A DNA stretch of 64,000 nucleotides from a virus, in IMG/VR virus record IMGVR_UViG_3300009551_000007, positions 1 to 64,000 of that record; one strand, written 5' to 3'. The notes beneath the pieces were generated by a model. That model searched no databases, had not been told where the DNA came from, and saw nothing but the letters and a program-made list of their open reading frames with translations. The position numbers and the translations under genes were made by a program. How positions within the stretch are numbered: position 1 is the first letter of the stretch; each line of letters opens with the position of its first letter. Below are positions 38,249 through 46,077 of the stretch, in pieces.

Positions 38249-38826
38249 TACAACGTGCCCCACTGGTCTGCCATGGCTTCGGCGATACCGCTGAATGTGA
38301 CGGACCGTAACAGGCCCCTTTCGGGCGAGGGCGGCAAGCACCTCAGTGTGTCGTCGTAGGGCGGCGGAACGAACTCGGTCGGTTCCAGTTTGGGGAGGCC
38401 CTTTAGCCAGAGACAGGTCGATTTCTTTTCGCGGTGGCCGAACTGGTAGGGCTGAATGGTTTGCGTCGGTCTGCCGACTATGTTCATGGCTGCCCCGCAC
38501 ATCAACGGGTTTTCAACGCATACCCTCGGCGCGTTCGCGGCGAGACACTTCAGGAACAGTTCCGTAGCCTCTATCATGCTATCCCGTCTGCCCGGTCGCT
38601 TTAGATACTGCACGCCGCTATTGGTGAGGTACGTGCACGGGGGATGGGCTATAACCAGATCCCATTCCATACCCAGCAGGGGCGTCACGTCGCGTCGGAA
38701 ATGTAAGCCCCTGGCGTCGGCGTTCCCCCAGCCCATCCTCAGATCGCAGCTGTAAGCGAGATGACCCCTGCTCCGGAAGGCGTCTCTAACGGTCCCGGAA
38801 AACTCACAGGCTATCAGTACACGCAT
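38248..38826 (-). CDS. Short DNA cytosine-5 methyltransferase-like protein
   Basis: MRVLIACEFSG, AHPPCTYL (PC catalytic), VENP, IQPYQFGH...K.TCLWLKGLP. Confidence 0.8.
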   Translation of the reverse strand: MRVLIACEFSGTVRDAFRSRGHLAYSCDLRMGWGNADARGLHFRRDVTPLLGMEWDLVIAHPPCTYLTNSGVQYLKRPGRRDSMIEATELFLKCLAANAPRVCVENPLMCGAAMNIVGRPTQTIQPYQFGHREKKSTCLWLKGLPKLEPTEFVPPPYDDTLRCLPPSPERGLLRSVTFSGIAEAMADQWGTL

Positions 38827-38874
38827 TAGCGATCTCTGGGAGGAATAGACGAGTATGGTGTGGTCTGCGCGATG

Positions 38875-39084
38875 CTATATGCCGTCCGTGACCTGCGTGA
38901 ATCGGCCGTCCAGGAACTCGGATAGTTCGCGGTAGCGGAGCTTGTCGTAATGGACGGAATGGTACACGACCGATTTCTCGACACCGTCCCGGTCACCGTT
39001 GGTCGAGCAAGTGGCTACGCCGATCACGACGTACAGCCCGCCCTTGCGATGTTTCCACACGCTGTAAGGTGATGGTTCGTTCAT
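38875..39084 (-). CDS. DUF1653-like protein
   Basis: WKHRKGGLYVVIGVA...VVY...R..SEF.DGRF. Confidence 0.75.
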   Translation of the reverse strand: MNEPSPYSVWKHRKGGLYVVIGVATCSTNGDRDGVEKSVVYHSVHYDKLRYRELSEFLDGRFTQVTDGI

Positions 39085-39287
39085 GTTGTCTCCCGTAGGA
39101 ACTCGTCGATGGCTTCGCGGAACCGTTCAGCAACTGCTCTCGTTAAGACGATCTTGTATGGTTCTTTACAATCGTCGTTGGAGAGGATCATTACCGGTTC
39201 GCCGTCGCGTGGGCCCGTGAACACCGAGCCGATGGATATGTGTTCGGGCGGGTACACGATGACGGTGACCGGTACTGCTGTGGCCAT
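39081..39287 (-). CDS. Hypothetical protein
   Basis: 68 aa ORF coupled to neighbours. Confidence 0.55.
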   Translation of the reverse strand: MATAVPVTVIVYPPEHISIGSVFTGPRDGEPVMILSNDDCKEPYKIVLTRAVAERFREAIDEFLRETT

Positions 39288-39289
39288 GG

Positions 39290-39613
39290 CTACTTACCCG
39301 TGTCCGAATGAAACACGGCTTCCCCGTTAGTGATCGTGAAGTGTGCCTTACACTCGCCGGTCCATCGAATCGACGGCGCGAGGGTCGGGCCGGCGTCGCC
39401 CTCGGCGTAGCTCCATCGGTGAATGCCTTCGACACGCGGATGCTGGTCGGTCACGAGGGGCGTGTAGCACGAGTTACCACACCCACACGGACAAACGAAG
39501 TCCACGGCGTAGGGTTCGCCGCCCTTCACGATCACTTGCATTTCGCCGGCCGCGGGCGCGGGTCGGTCGCAGCCGAACTGGTACCGAACCGACTTGTATT
39601 TAGTTACCATCAT
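39290..39613 (-). CDS. DUF6527-like Cys/His protein
   Basis: CPCGCG...W...PTLAPSI...C.AHF.ITNG. Confidence 0.7.
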   Translation of the reverse strand: MMVTKYKSVRYQFGCDRPAPAAGEMQVIVKGGEPYAVDFVCPCGCGNSCYTPLVTDQHPRVEGIHRWSYAEGDAGPTLAPSIRWTGECKAHFTITNGEAVFHSDTGK

Positions 39614-39863
39614 GGAACCCTATTGTAATGCGTTTCGTGGTCCGCGACGAGAGCACCACCGAAGTGACCTCGTGGGGCGCGACCTTGGCCGTGAACCGGT
39701 TGCCGTCCCGCCACCAGACGACTTCGTAACTGTCGAGGCCGGTCTCGTCAATCATCACGGTTAGGACGCGCGCCAGGCGCTCGCCGTCGCCCAAGTTCAC
39801 CCATTCACCCGGCGCGTACACTACGAGTTGTTTGTCTGAACCGCCGTCGCCTTTAATCGCCAC
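39600..39863 (-). CDS. Hypothetical protein
   Basis: GTG start after AAGGAG; YEVVWW.DG motif. Confidence 0.55.
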   Translation of the reverse strand: MAIKGDGGSDKQLVVYAPGEWVNLGDGERLARVLTVMIDETGLDSYEVVWWRDGNRFTAKVAPHEVTSVVLSSRTTKRITIGFHDGN

Positions 39864-39865
39864 TG

Positions 39866-40237
39866 TTACTTCTCCTTGGTCAGTACGAACCTGTTGTTGT
39901 CGTAATCGACGCCGCGTGAGAAGCTCGACATTTTCACGTAGAACCCGCCCTCGCCGACGTCGCGGTGATCGCAGTAGATATGACCGACGCACGACAGGTG
40001 GTCGTCCTTGTACGACCATATACCGGAATAGATGACGGTTTCGTCGAGCACGGCGACGTAGGTGTAGTCGCCCCTCAGTTCGAGTACGCCGGTTTGCGAG
40101 TTGCCGTTCTTCTCGGTGACCTCGATCTTCCAAGTGCCAATGTACTGGTCTTCGGGTATCGGCTTGGGTTTCGGCACGGGCGCTGCTGCGGCGAACCCGG
40201 CCGTAACCAGCAACACGGTTAGTAGTGAGCACTTCAT
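39866..40237 (-). CDS. Secreted Planctomycete-style beta-barrel protein
   Basis: Signal peptide followed by AAPVPKPK and IGTWK. Confidence 0.7.
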   Translation of the reverse strand: MKCSLLTVLLVTAGFAAAAPVPKPKPIPEDQYIGTWKIEVTEKNGNSQTGVLELRGDYTYVAVLDETVIYSGIWSYKDDHLSCVGHIYCDHRDVGEGGFYVKMSSFSRGVDYDNNRFVLTKEK

Positions 40238-40287
40238 ACGAGCCTCCTGAGGGGAACTAGTGGCCTGTGATGCGTGAGGTGGTGCTG

Positions 40288-41016
40288 CTATTTCCTCGCA
40301 CGCTTGGGCGACGATATGGGGGCTTCCTCGTACACGGCCTCCGCGTCGGTCTGAGCCTCGATCAACGGTAGGTCGGCCGGCGGGAGCATCTTCACCGAGT
40401 TGATCTTGTCCTCAATCGGGTCGGCGGCTTCGGCACCGTACTGTTTCTCCACCATGGCATCCCAGTTGACGTTGAAGACGGTCACGCCGCCCTGCTTCTC
40501 CTTGTCGAACGCCCCGCGTATCCGGAGGCGCATTTCGACACACCACTTGATCGTTTCAAGGTAGGCGGGGTTGCCCGTTTGCCCTTTCAGCGTCCGCTCG
40601 ATGTTCTTCTTTATCACGTGGAGGGGCGTGTGCTGGGCGTCCAAGCCCTCGCGCTCGATGCGGACGCGAGTGGTTTGACTTTTCGGGTTGCCTACTATCT
40701 TGGGGATGCGTGGTGCCTTCTCGGTCCTGACCGTCCGCGATTCGAGCGGGTCACATGACTTCAGCCAAGCGTTCCAAGCCGTCGACTCCAGTAGGTCGAT
40801 CTTGGCCATTTCTTCAGCCTTGGCCTCGTCGAACTTAGTGACCGACTCCGCCAGCCACAGTTTCCGGATCACCTTTAGGTCTTCACATATCGTACCCTGA
40901 TCGAACCCCACGTGCTGGCCGATCTGCCACTGAGTCCATCCGCGCAAGTACAACTCCGACACGGTCTTGCGTCGCTCCAATATCTCAAGTTCCTTCGAGT
41001 TGGTCATCTTCCGCAT
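40288..41016 (-). CDS. Terminase small subunit-like HTH protein
   Basis: ERRKTVSELYLRGWTQWQIGQHVGFDQGTICEDL HTH; upstream of terL. Confidence 0.7.
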   Translation of the reverse strand: MRKMTNSKELEILERRKTVSELYLRGWTQWQIGQHVGFDQGTICEDLKVIRKLWLAESVTKFDEAKAEEMAKIDLLESTAWNAWLKSCDPLESRTVRTEKAPRIPKIVGNPKSQTTRVRIEREGLDAQHTPLHVIKKNIERTLKGQTGNPAYLETIKWCVEMRLRIRGAFDKEKQGGVTVFNVNWDAMVEKQYGAEAADPIEDKINSVKMLPPADLPLIEAQTDAEAVYEEAPISSPKRARK

Positions 41017-41069
41017 ACCCCACCCTCCCATGCACATATGAACCTTATACCTTTGACCCCTATGCCCCA

Positions 41070-41252
41070 CTACCGCTCGGACCACCATCCCACGTATCGC
41101 CCGACGCCGAACACGGTGTACCCGTACCCGACGATTACCATGAGGCACCCCAAGCCGACCACCTCCGGCCCGTGGCATCCGACCACGTCGAGTAGCCGGT
41201 TCTCCAGCATTAGCGCCTTGATGTATAGACCGTTCACAGTTGGACCGAACAT
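41070..41252 (-). CDS. Small membrane protein
   Basis: 60 aa with one hydrophobic segment. Confidence 0.45.
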   Translation of the reverse strand: MFGPTVNGLYIKALMLENRLLDVVGCHGPEVVGLGCLMVIVGYGYTVFGVGRYVGWWSER

Positions 41253-41253
41253 G

Positions 41254-41463
41254 TTACCCTCCGAACGTGAGAAAGTGGATCGTTAGCCCGACGACGCCCA
41301 GCAACGTACCGCCGATGAGGAGCCATTCCCGCACCGGCTTCTCCGTCGCCCATTCCGTGATCGTCTTCTCGCTCCTCACTGCTCGCCCGGCGTCGTACAC
41401 TAGGGCGGTGACTTGAACCACTACCGCGAGGACGAACAATGCCAATCCGTATGTGCTGATCAT
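41254..41463 (-). CDS. Small two-TM membrane protein
   Basis: 69 aa, two hydrophobic segments. Confidence 0.6.
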   Translation of the reverse strand: MISTYGLALFVLAVVVQVTALVYDAGRAVRSEKTITEWATEKPVREWLLIGGTLLGVVGLTIHFLTFGG

Positions 41464-41960
41464 GAGTACGTCTCCCGTGGTGAAGCAGCTAGAACCGAGT
41501 TGTCGGGCCGGGGTGCGGCGATAATGTCCGCGGCCGTCGCACGCACGCCGGCCTCGATCAGAGCGAACCCGTTCTCTTGTAGCCAGTCGGCGAAAACCAG
41601 TAGTAACGTCGCATCGGTCTCGGTCTTCAACGCCGCTATCCAGTTACCGGCGTCAGGATGCTCTCTAAACCGCCGCGCCTCGGTTATCAACGAGTCACGT
41701 AGTGCGTTGAGCCTCGTCACATCATCGGGGAGAAGCTCATGCGAGTAATCGAACGTACCGAAAGCGACCTCTATCACTTCCACACGAACATGTTCCACGC
41801 CGGTCTCACGGACTATGTGGTGCCACTGCGACTCGTACATGAAGCAGCGTTCGCACTTCGCCGAGCCGCCTACTATCTCCCAGCCCATCATAGAGTGCAC
41901 CGTTGTACAACTCTCGTAGCAAACCATGCATACCTCGTCCTCGGTCGAACGGCGGCTCAT
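41460..41960 (-). CDS. Protein with N-terminal Cys motifs and C-terminal TIGR02996-like domain
   Basis: CMVC/CERC and TLLLVFADWLQENG. Confidence 0.65.
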   Translation of the reverse strand: MSRRSTEDEVCMVCYESCTTVHSMMGWEIVGGSAKCERCFMYESQWHHIVRETGVEHVRVEVIEVAFGTFDYSHELLPDDVTRLNALRDSLITEARRFREHPDAGNWIAALKTETDATLLLVFADWLQENGFALIEAGVRATAADIIAAPRPDNSVLAASPRETYS

Positions 41961-42376
41961 ATTCGTGCCCTCTTCGGCGGGTCAGGAGGGGCGTCTACCG
42001 AGTCTGTACCGCGAGTGGACGGGTCACCTACGAGCGATGTGATTACGTCTTTAGGGGCGACGCCCTGCTTGTGGCGAAGGGCAATGAGAGTAATCACGTT
42101 CGCCAGGCTCAGACCCGACAGGCCGTGGAGGAGGAACAAAGTCAAAATCAGTTCGTCCTGGGGTCCAGGCCCACACTTGAGAGATTCCGACCGTTCGTCA
42201 CTTAGTACCACGCGTGAGCCGGTCTCGTCGGTATCGACGGTAACGAACCCTGCGGAATGGAGCGCGAACCCCGACGCCTTTAGAGCCGCAGCTATGATTA
42301 TATGAACCACGTCGTCGGGGAACACGACCGGCATCCAGTAGTTGCGTAACTCACAGTACCCCATAGCGTACTTCAT
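41957..42376 (-). CDS. Hypothetical protein
   Basis: PVVFPDDVVH...SAGFV...SESL motif. Confidence 0.65.
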   Translation of the reverse strand: MKYAMGYCELRNYWMPVVFPDDVVHIIIAAALKASGFALHSAGFVTVDTDETGSRVVLSDERSESLKCGPGPQDELILTLFLLHGLSGLSLANVITLIALRHKQGVAPKDVITSLVGDPSTRGTDSVDAPPDPPKRARI

Positions 42377-42687
42377 GATTCGTCCTCCGCGATTCGCCTC
42401 ATGGCGGTGATCGACCGTACCCGACTGGTGCCCACGGCGTCCGGGTCGAGGTCACCGCACTTGCCCGCTAAGAAATCAACCGGGCGCGGATCACCCCAAT
42501 ACCGGGCGTCGTAGGGGTGGAATAGTTGCTGCCGCTTCGCCGCCCGCTCCTCGAACACGCAGAGCTTTTCCGGCGTACCGGGGGGCGCGGTCGTCGGCCC
42601 GTCGGGTAGCGGCCTGCCGAACGCCCCACCGTCAAGGTACGTCTTTAGCTTGAAGGTGGGTTTGTAGTTCCTCACGGGTGCTACCAT
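42373..42687 (-). CDS. Hypothetical protein
   Basis: PTTAPPGTPEK...ERA...LFHPYD. Confidence 0.65.
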   Translation of the reverse strand: MVAPVRNYKPTFKLKTYLDGGAFGRPLPDGPTTAPPGTPEKLCVFEERAAKRQQLFHPYDARYWGDPRPVDFLAGKCGDLDPDAVGTSRVRSITAMRRIAEDES

Positions 42688-42779
42688 GGTTACACGCTAA
42701 ACGGGTTGCGGGCGAGCCTTTAGCGTAGCGGAGTTCAACACTTTCGGTATGGGGTCGTCGCTCAGTAATCGTCTATCGC

Positions 42780-42895
42780 ACAACGACAAACCCTAACAAA
42801 CGCGACTGCTATTATACTACGTATACGCGATACCCTTGTTTGTTATTTATTTGTTTACTATGTATTTATTATAGGACGGGAAGCATGTACATGTT
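42780..42895. promoter_or_regulatory. AT-rich non-coding tract (promoter/origin candidate)
   Basis: TTGTTTGTTATTTATTTGTTTACTATGTATTTATTATA; two TATAAT on the - strand (42816-42811, 42873-42868). Confidence 0.45.
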
Positions 42896-42923
42896 CGCCT
42901 CCCGGCCCTACGACTCGTAGCCC

Positions 42924-43166
42924 CTAACCGGTAGGGAGGTCGGGCGTCGGTACGATGGGTAGGGTGCCCGTTCCCTCCCCCGTAGGCACCGAGGAGGCAC
43001 GAGCGAGTAGGGCATTCACCTTACCGGCCAAGAACCTTTCCAGGCTATTGCGAGCCTCCTTGTCTTTACCGAACGTCGAAAGTAGCCGGTCGAACGTCAC
43101 GTCACATTTGTGTTCGCATTTCCACTCAAACATCCACTCCATAACATGTTCCGGTAACACAGTCAT
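42924..43166 (-). CDS. Hypothetical protein
   Basis: MTVLPEH..., ATGA overlap with the MTase stop. Confidence 0.55.
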   Translation of the reverse strand: MTVLPEHVMEWMFEWKCEHKCDVTFDRLLSTFGKDKEARNSLERFLAGKVNALLARASSVPTGEGTGTLPIVPTPDLPTG

Positions 43167-44590
43167 TGTCCATTCTCCCCAGAGGAAAAGCGGGCGGCGA
43201 ACCGACTCCGAGCGAGGGCGAGCTTCTTCGCCGACTCGATGCGATACTTTAGCCGCTCGTGAATCAGGGGAAGGTAGTCGGGGTTCAGTTCGCACAGTAC
43301 CGCGTTCCGCCCCAGGTCCAACGCCACTTCCGCCGTCGTGCCCGACCCGCCGAACGGGTCCAGGACCGTCGCCGGCACCGGTTCGGCCGGCGAACACGAA
43401 CACGATTGCTCCCAAGCCACGGTCTCGGCGCGAACGCCTTGGCGCGTGAGATTGATTACGTTACCCGTCCCGTTCGCACCCGTCCGCTTCACAAACTCGT
43501 TAGGGCGGTCCCTCGTCAGCGTCGTCTTTTCCACCACGCGAACGTAAGGCGCACCGCATCCGGGGCATACGCCCTTCTCAGACGACCCGGCGAGTACGCA
43601 AGGCTTCACCAGTTCGGGCGGGTAACAGGCGAAGTGCGCGCCCTTGTACGGCTTCGGGCATATCGTCCATACGTCGCCCTTCGTTCGCGACTCGTCGAGG
43701 AACCTACCGAGGAGTTCCGGCGACTCCCGGCCCAGCCATTCGAGGAGTGCTGATTCCGAATCGACCGACCACACGGAACGCCTATTGCGGTTATCAACAC
43801 CGCCGTCGCCGGGAGCCATTTTGTTATGTATGCCCTCTTCGAGGTTCTTTTGCCCCGGCTTCGACCGCGCCTTGCGGTTGTCGTTCGGGTACGCCGCCGG
43901 TTCCTTGATCGCTTCTTGGTCGAAGTAGTACGTCGGCGACTTGGTAAACATGAACAGGTACTCGTGCGCCTTAGTGCATCGGTCGGTTACGCTCTCCGGC
44001 ATCGGGTTCGGCTTGGCCCATATCAAGTCGCTCCGTAGGTACCAGCCGTCGGCCCGGAGCGCGAACGCGACCATCCACGGGACGCCGATCAGGTCTTTTT
44101 GTTTGTACCCTTCTCTGGCTCGGCGCTTCGACGATTCAAATGTCTTGGACCGAGACGCTCCGTTAAACAACTTCCGATTTTGATTAGACGGGGCATCGGG
44201 AGAATACCCGCCGCCTCCCGAATAACTGTCGCCGATGTTGAGCCATAGTGTCCCGTCGTCGCGGAGGACGCGATGCACTTCGCGGAAGACGGCGACGAGG
44301 TTCGCCACGTACTCTTCCGGCGTCTTCTCCAGGCCAAGCTGACCCTCCACCTCGTAGTCCCGTAGCCCGTAGTACGGTGGCGAGGTAACGACACAGTGAA
44401 CCGACCTATCGGGGAGATGCTTTAGGGTCTGCGCGGAATCACCCGTGAGGATGGTTACGGGCGAGTCGGGCGACAGCCTAATACCGCAAGCCAAACATTT
44501 CGTTCCGTCGTCGGACCGGACGTGATCCGACGAGAACCATGTCGCGTTAACACACTTCGATTTGCTATGCACCGGCTTCGGCATATCCAT
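43163..44590 (-). CDS. Beta-class amino DNA methyltransferase (SPPY, probably N4-C)
   Basis: VVTSPPYYGLRDY, IWAKPNPMPESV.DR, HFA.YP, VLDPFGGSGTT. Confidence 0.92.
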   Translation of the reverse strand: MDMPKPVHSKSKCVNATWFSSDHVRSDDGTKCLACGIRLSPDSPVTILTGDSAQTLKHLPDRSVHCVVTSPPYYGLRDYEVEGQLGLEKTPEEYVANLVAVFREVHRVLRDDGTLWLNIGDSYSGGGGYSPDAPSNQNRKLFNGASRSKTFESSKRRAREGYKQKDLIGVPWMVAFALRADGWYLRSDLIWAKPNPMPESVTDRCTKAHEYLFMFTKSPTYYFDQEAIKEPAAYPNDNRKARSKPGQKNLEEGIHNKMAPGDGGVDNRNRRSVWSVDSESALLEWLGRESPELLGRFLDESRTKGDVWTICPKPYKGAHFACYPPELVKPCVLAGSSEKGVCPGCGAPYVRVVEKTTLTRDRPNEFVKRTGANGTGNVINLTRQGVRAETVAWEQSCSCSPAEPVPATVLDPFGGSGTTAEVALDLGRNAVLCELNPDYLPLIHERLKYRIESAKKLALARSRFAARFSSGENGQ

Positions 44591-45605
44591 GTCCTTTCAA
44601 TCGTTCTCGTGCTATGGTTGCGTAACTTTCTTCCAACTCGATACCGGTAGGGCTCATCCCTTCTTGACGGGCCGCTAGTAGGGTTGTGCCGCTACCCGCG
44701 AACGGGTCGAGTAGCTTGCCGGCAGGGGGCGTAACGAGGCGTACTAACCATCTCATCAAAGATAGAGGCTTGACCGTTGGGTGTGTATTGTCTTCGCCGC
44801 GTTCGGCCTTGGACGCCTTCGCGCAGTAGAAGAAGCGGGCGGCTGTGCCGGTATCGGAATTGCGTTCCACTAGACCGTCCTGGCCCGCGTGCCCGCTCGT
44901 CGACAACCCGCCGCCGCCGCGCGCCTTCGGGTAGTGACCGCCGTTACGTTCGCCGAACGCCGCGAACGCTTCCATCACCTCGTCACTACCGTCATGGACG
45001 ACGTTCGCGGGGTAGCGGCCCATGGTTTCAGCTTTCGCGACGTTTTCACGTACCCTTGCGGCATGTGCCTCTCGTGCTAACGGGTCGCTCATCCAAGGTC
45101 TAGTCCAACCTTCGTGGCCTTTTTGGTCCGCCCGCGTTCCCCCTTCGGCCCCTCCCCCTAGTTTGTCATTAGTCGGTACTCGGCACACGTCGATACTCAA
45201 CGGTAATACCCGCTTACCAGGCTTCCTCGCCAGAAGTACCGGTTCCCATGCGGGCTTTAAGCAACCCTCACCCTTCGGGAAGCCCGTTCCGTAAATCCAC
45301 ATCAAGCAGTCGCGGACCTCGAAACCGGCGTCTTCGACCGCACACGTCAGGCGGTGATAGGTGCGAGCCCCGCCGAAGCACAGCATGTAGCCGCCCGGCC
45401 GGAGTACGCGGAGGACAGACCGCCAAGTGTCGGGGTCGAACGCCACGCCCGATCTGTCCCATGCTTTACCCATGAAGCCGAGTTCGTAGGGCGGGTCGGT
45501 CACTACGGAATCGAACCCGGAGTCAGGGAGGGTTAGGGACAGTTCTCGCATATCGCCGGTCAGTACCTTCGCTCTGGTCGCTGACCGGTGAACGGGTTTA
45601 GGCAT
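44565..45605 (-). CDS. Beta-class amino DNA methyltransferase (DPPY, probably N6-A)
   Basis: VVTDPPYELGFMGKAWD, HPTVKP, LLDPFAGSGTT. Confidence 0.92.
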   Translation of the reverse strand: MPKPVHRSATRAKVLTGDMRELSLTLPDSGFDSVVTDPPYELGFMGKAWDRSGVAFDPDTWRSVLRVLRPGGYMLCFGGARTYHRLTCAVEDAGFEVRDCLMWIYGTGFPKGEGCLKPAWEPVLLARKPGKRVLPLSIDVCRVPTNDKLGGGAEGGTRADQKGHEGWTRPWMSDPLAREAHAARVRENVAKAETMGRYPANVVHDGSDEVMEAFAAFGERNGGHYPKARGGGGLSTSGHAGQDGLVERNSDTGTAARFFYCAKASKAERGEDNTHPTVKPLSLMRWLVRLVTPPAGKLLDPFAGSGTTLLAARQEGMSPTGIELEESYATIARERLKGHGYAEAGA

Positions 45606-45606
45606 G

Positions 45607-45957
45607 TTACCCTCGTGTTGATTTCGTGAAAACGTAGTACGCCCCGAAATCGTCCTCACCCCGTATCGGTTGTTCGTAAACGACCGACCAGCCGGCCTTC
45701 CGGTAATCGTCCTCCACGTCCATCCAGCGGTTATTCATCAGTACCGCTTCACTGACTATCTGGGGTTCGCCCGCGCTGTCGGCGAAGTACCTGTTCATCT
45801 TCTCGACGGCGAGCTTCAGCGCTTCGATGAGCGTGATTCGGGCTTCTCTCCCGTCCCACTTCTCGACGAGTAGTTCGTTGAAGGCGACGAATACCGCTTC
45901 CGGTATCCGTCTCGCTTTCGGGTCACGCTTAATATCTTGCGGTTTAATCGGCGGCAT
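45607..45957 (-). CDS. Hypothetical protein
   Basis: IPEAVFVAFNELL...WMDVEDDYRKAGWSVVY. Confidence 0.7.
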   Translation of the reverse strand: MPPIKPQDIKRDPKARRIPEAVFVAFNELLVEKWDGREARITLIEALKLAVEKMNRYFADSAGEPQIVSEAVLMNNRWMDVEDDYRKAGWSVVYEQPIRGEDDFGAYYVFTKSTRG

Positions 45958-45983
45958 AACGACCCCTAAAAAGTGAAACTCGA

Positions 45984-46071
45984 CACTCTAAACGGCACGA
46001 CCGTCGCTAAACGGGTAGAGACACGTCTAAGACGGCGTTCGTGCTAAGGCGGGCAAATACGGAGCTAGAAA
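45984..46071 (+). repeat. Intergenic hairpin plus GCTAGAAA motif element (copy 4)
   Basis: GCACGA-CCGTC...GACGG...TCGTGC stem then GCAAATACGGAGCTAGAAA 46053-46071. Confidence 0.6.
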
Positions 46072-46077
46072 CTGGGT

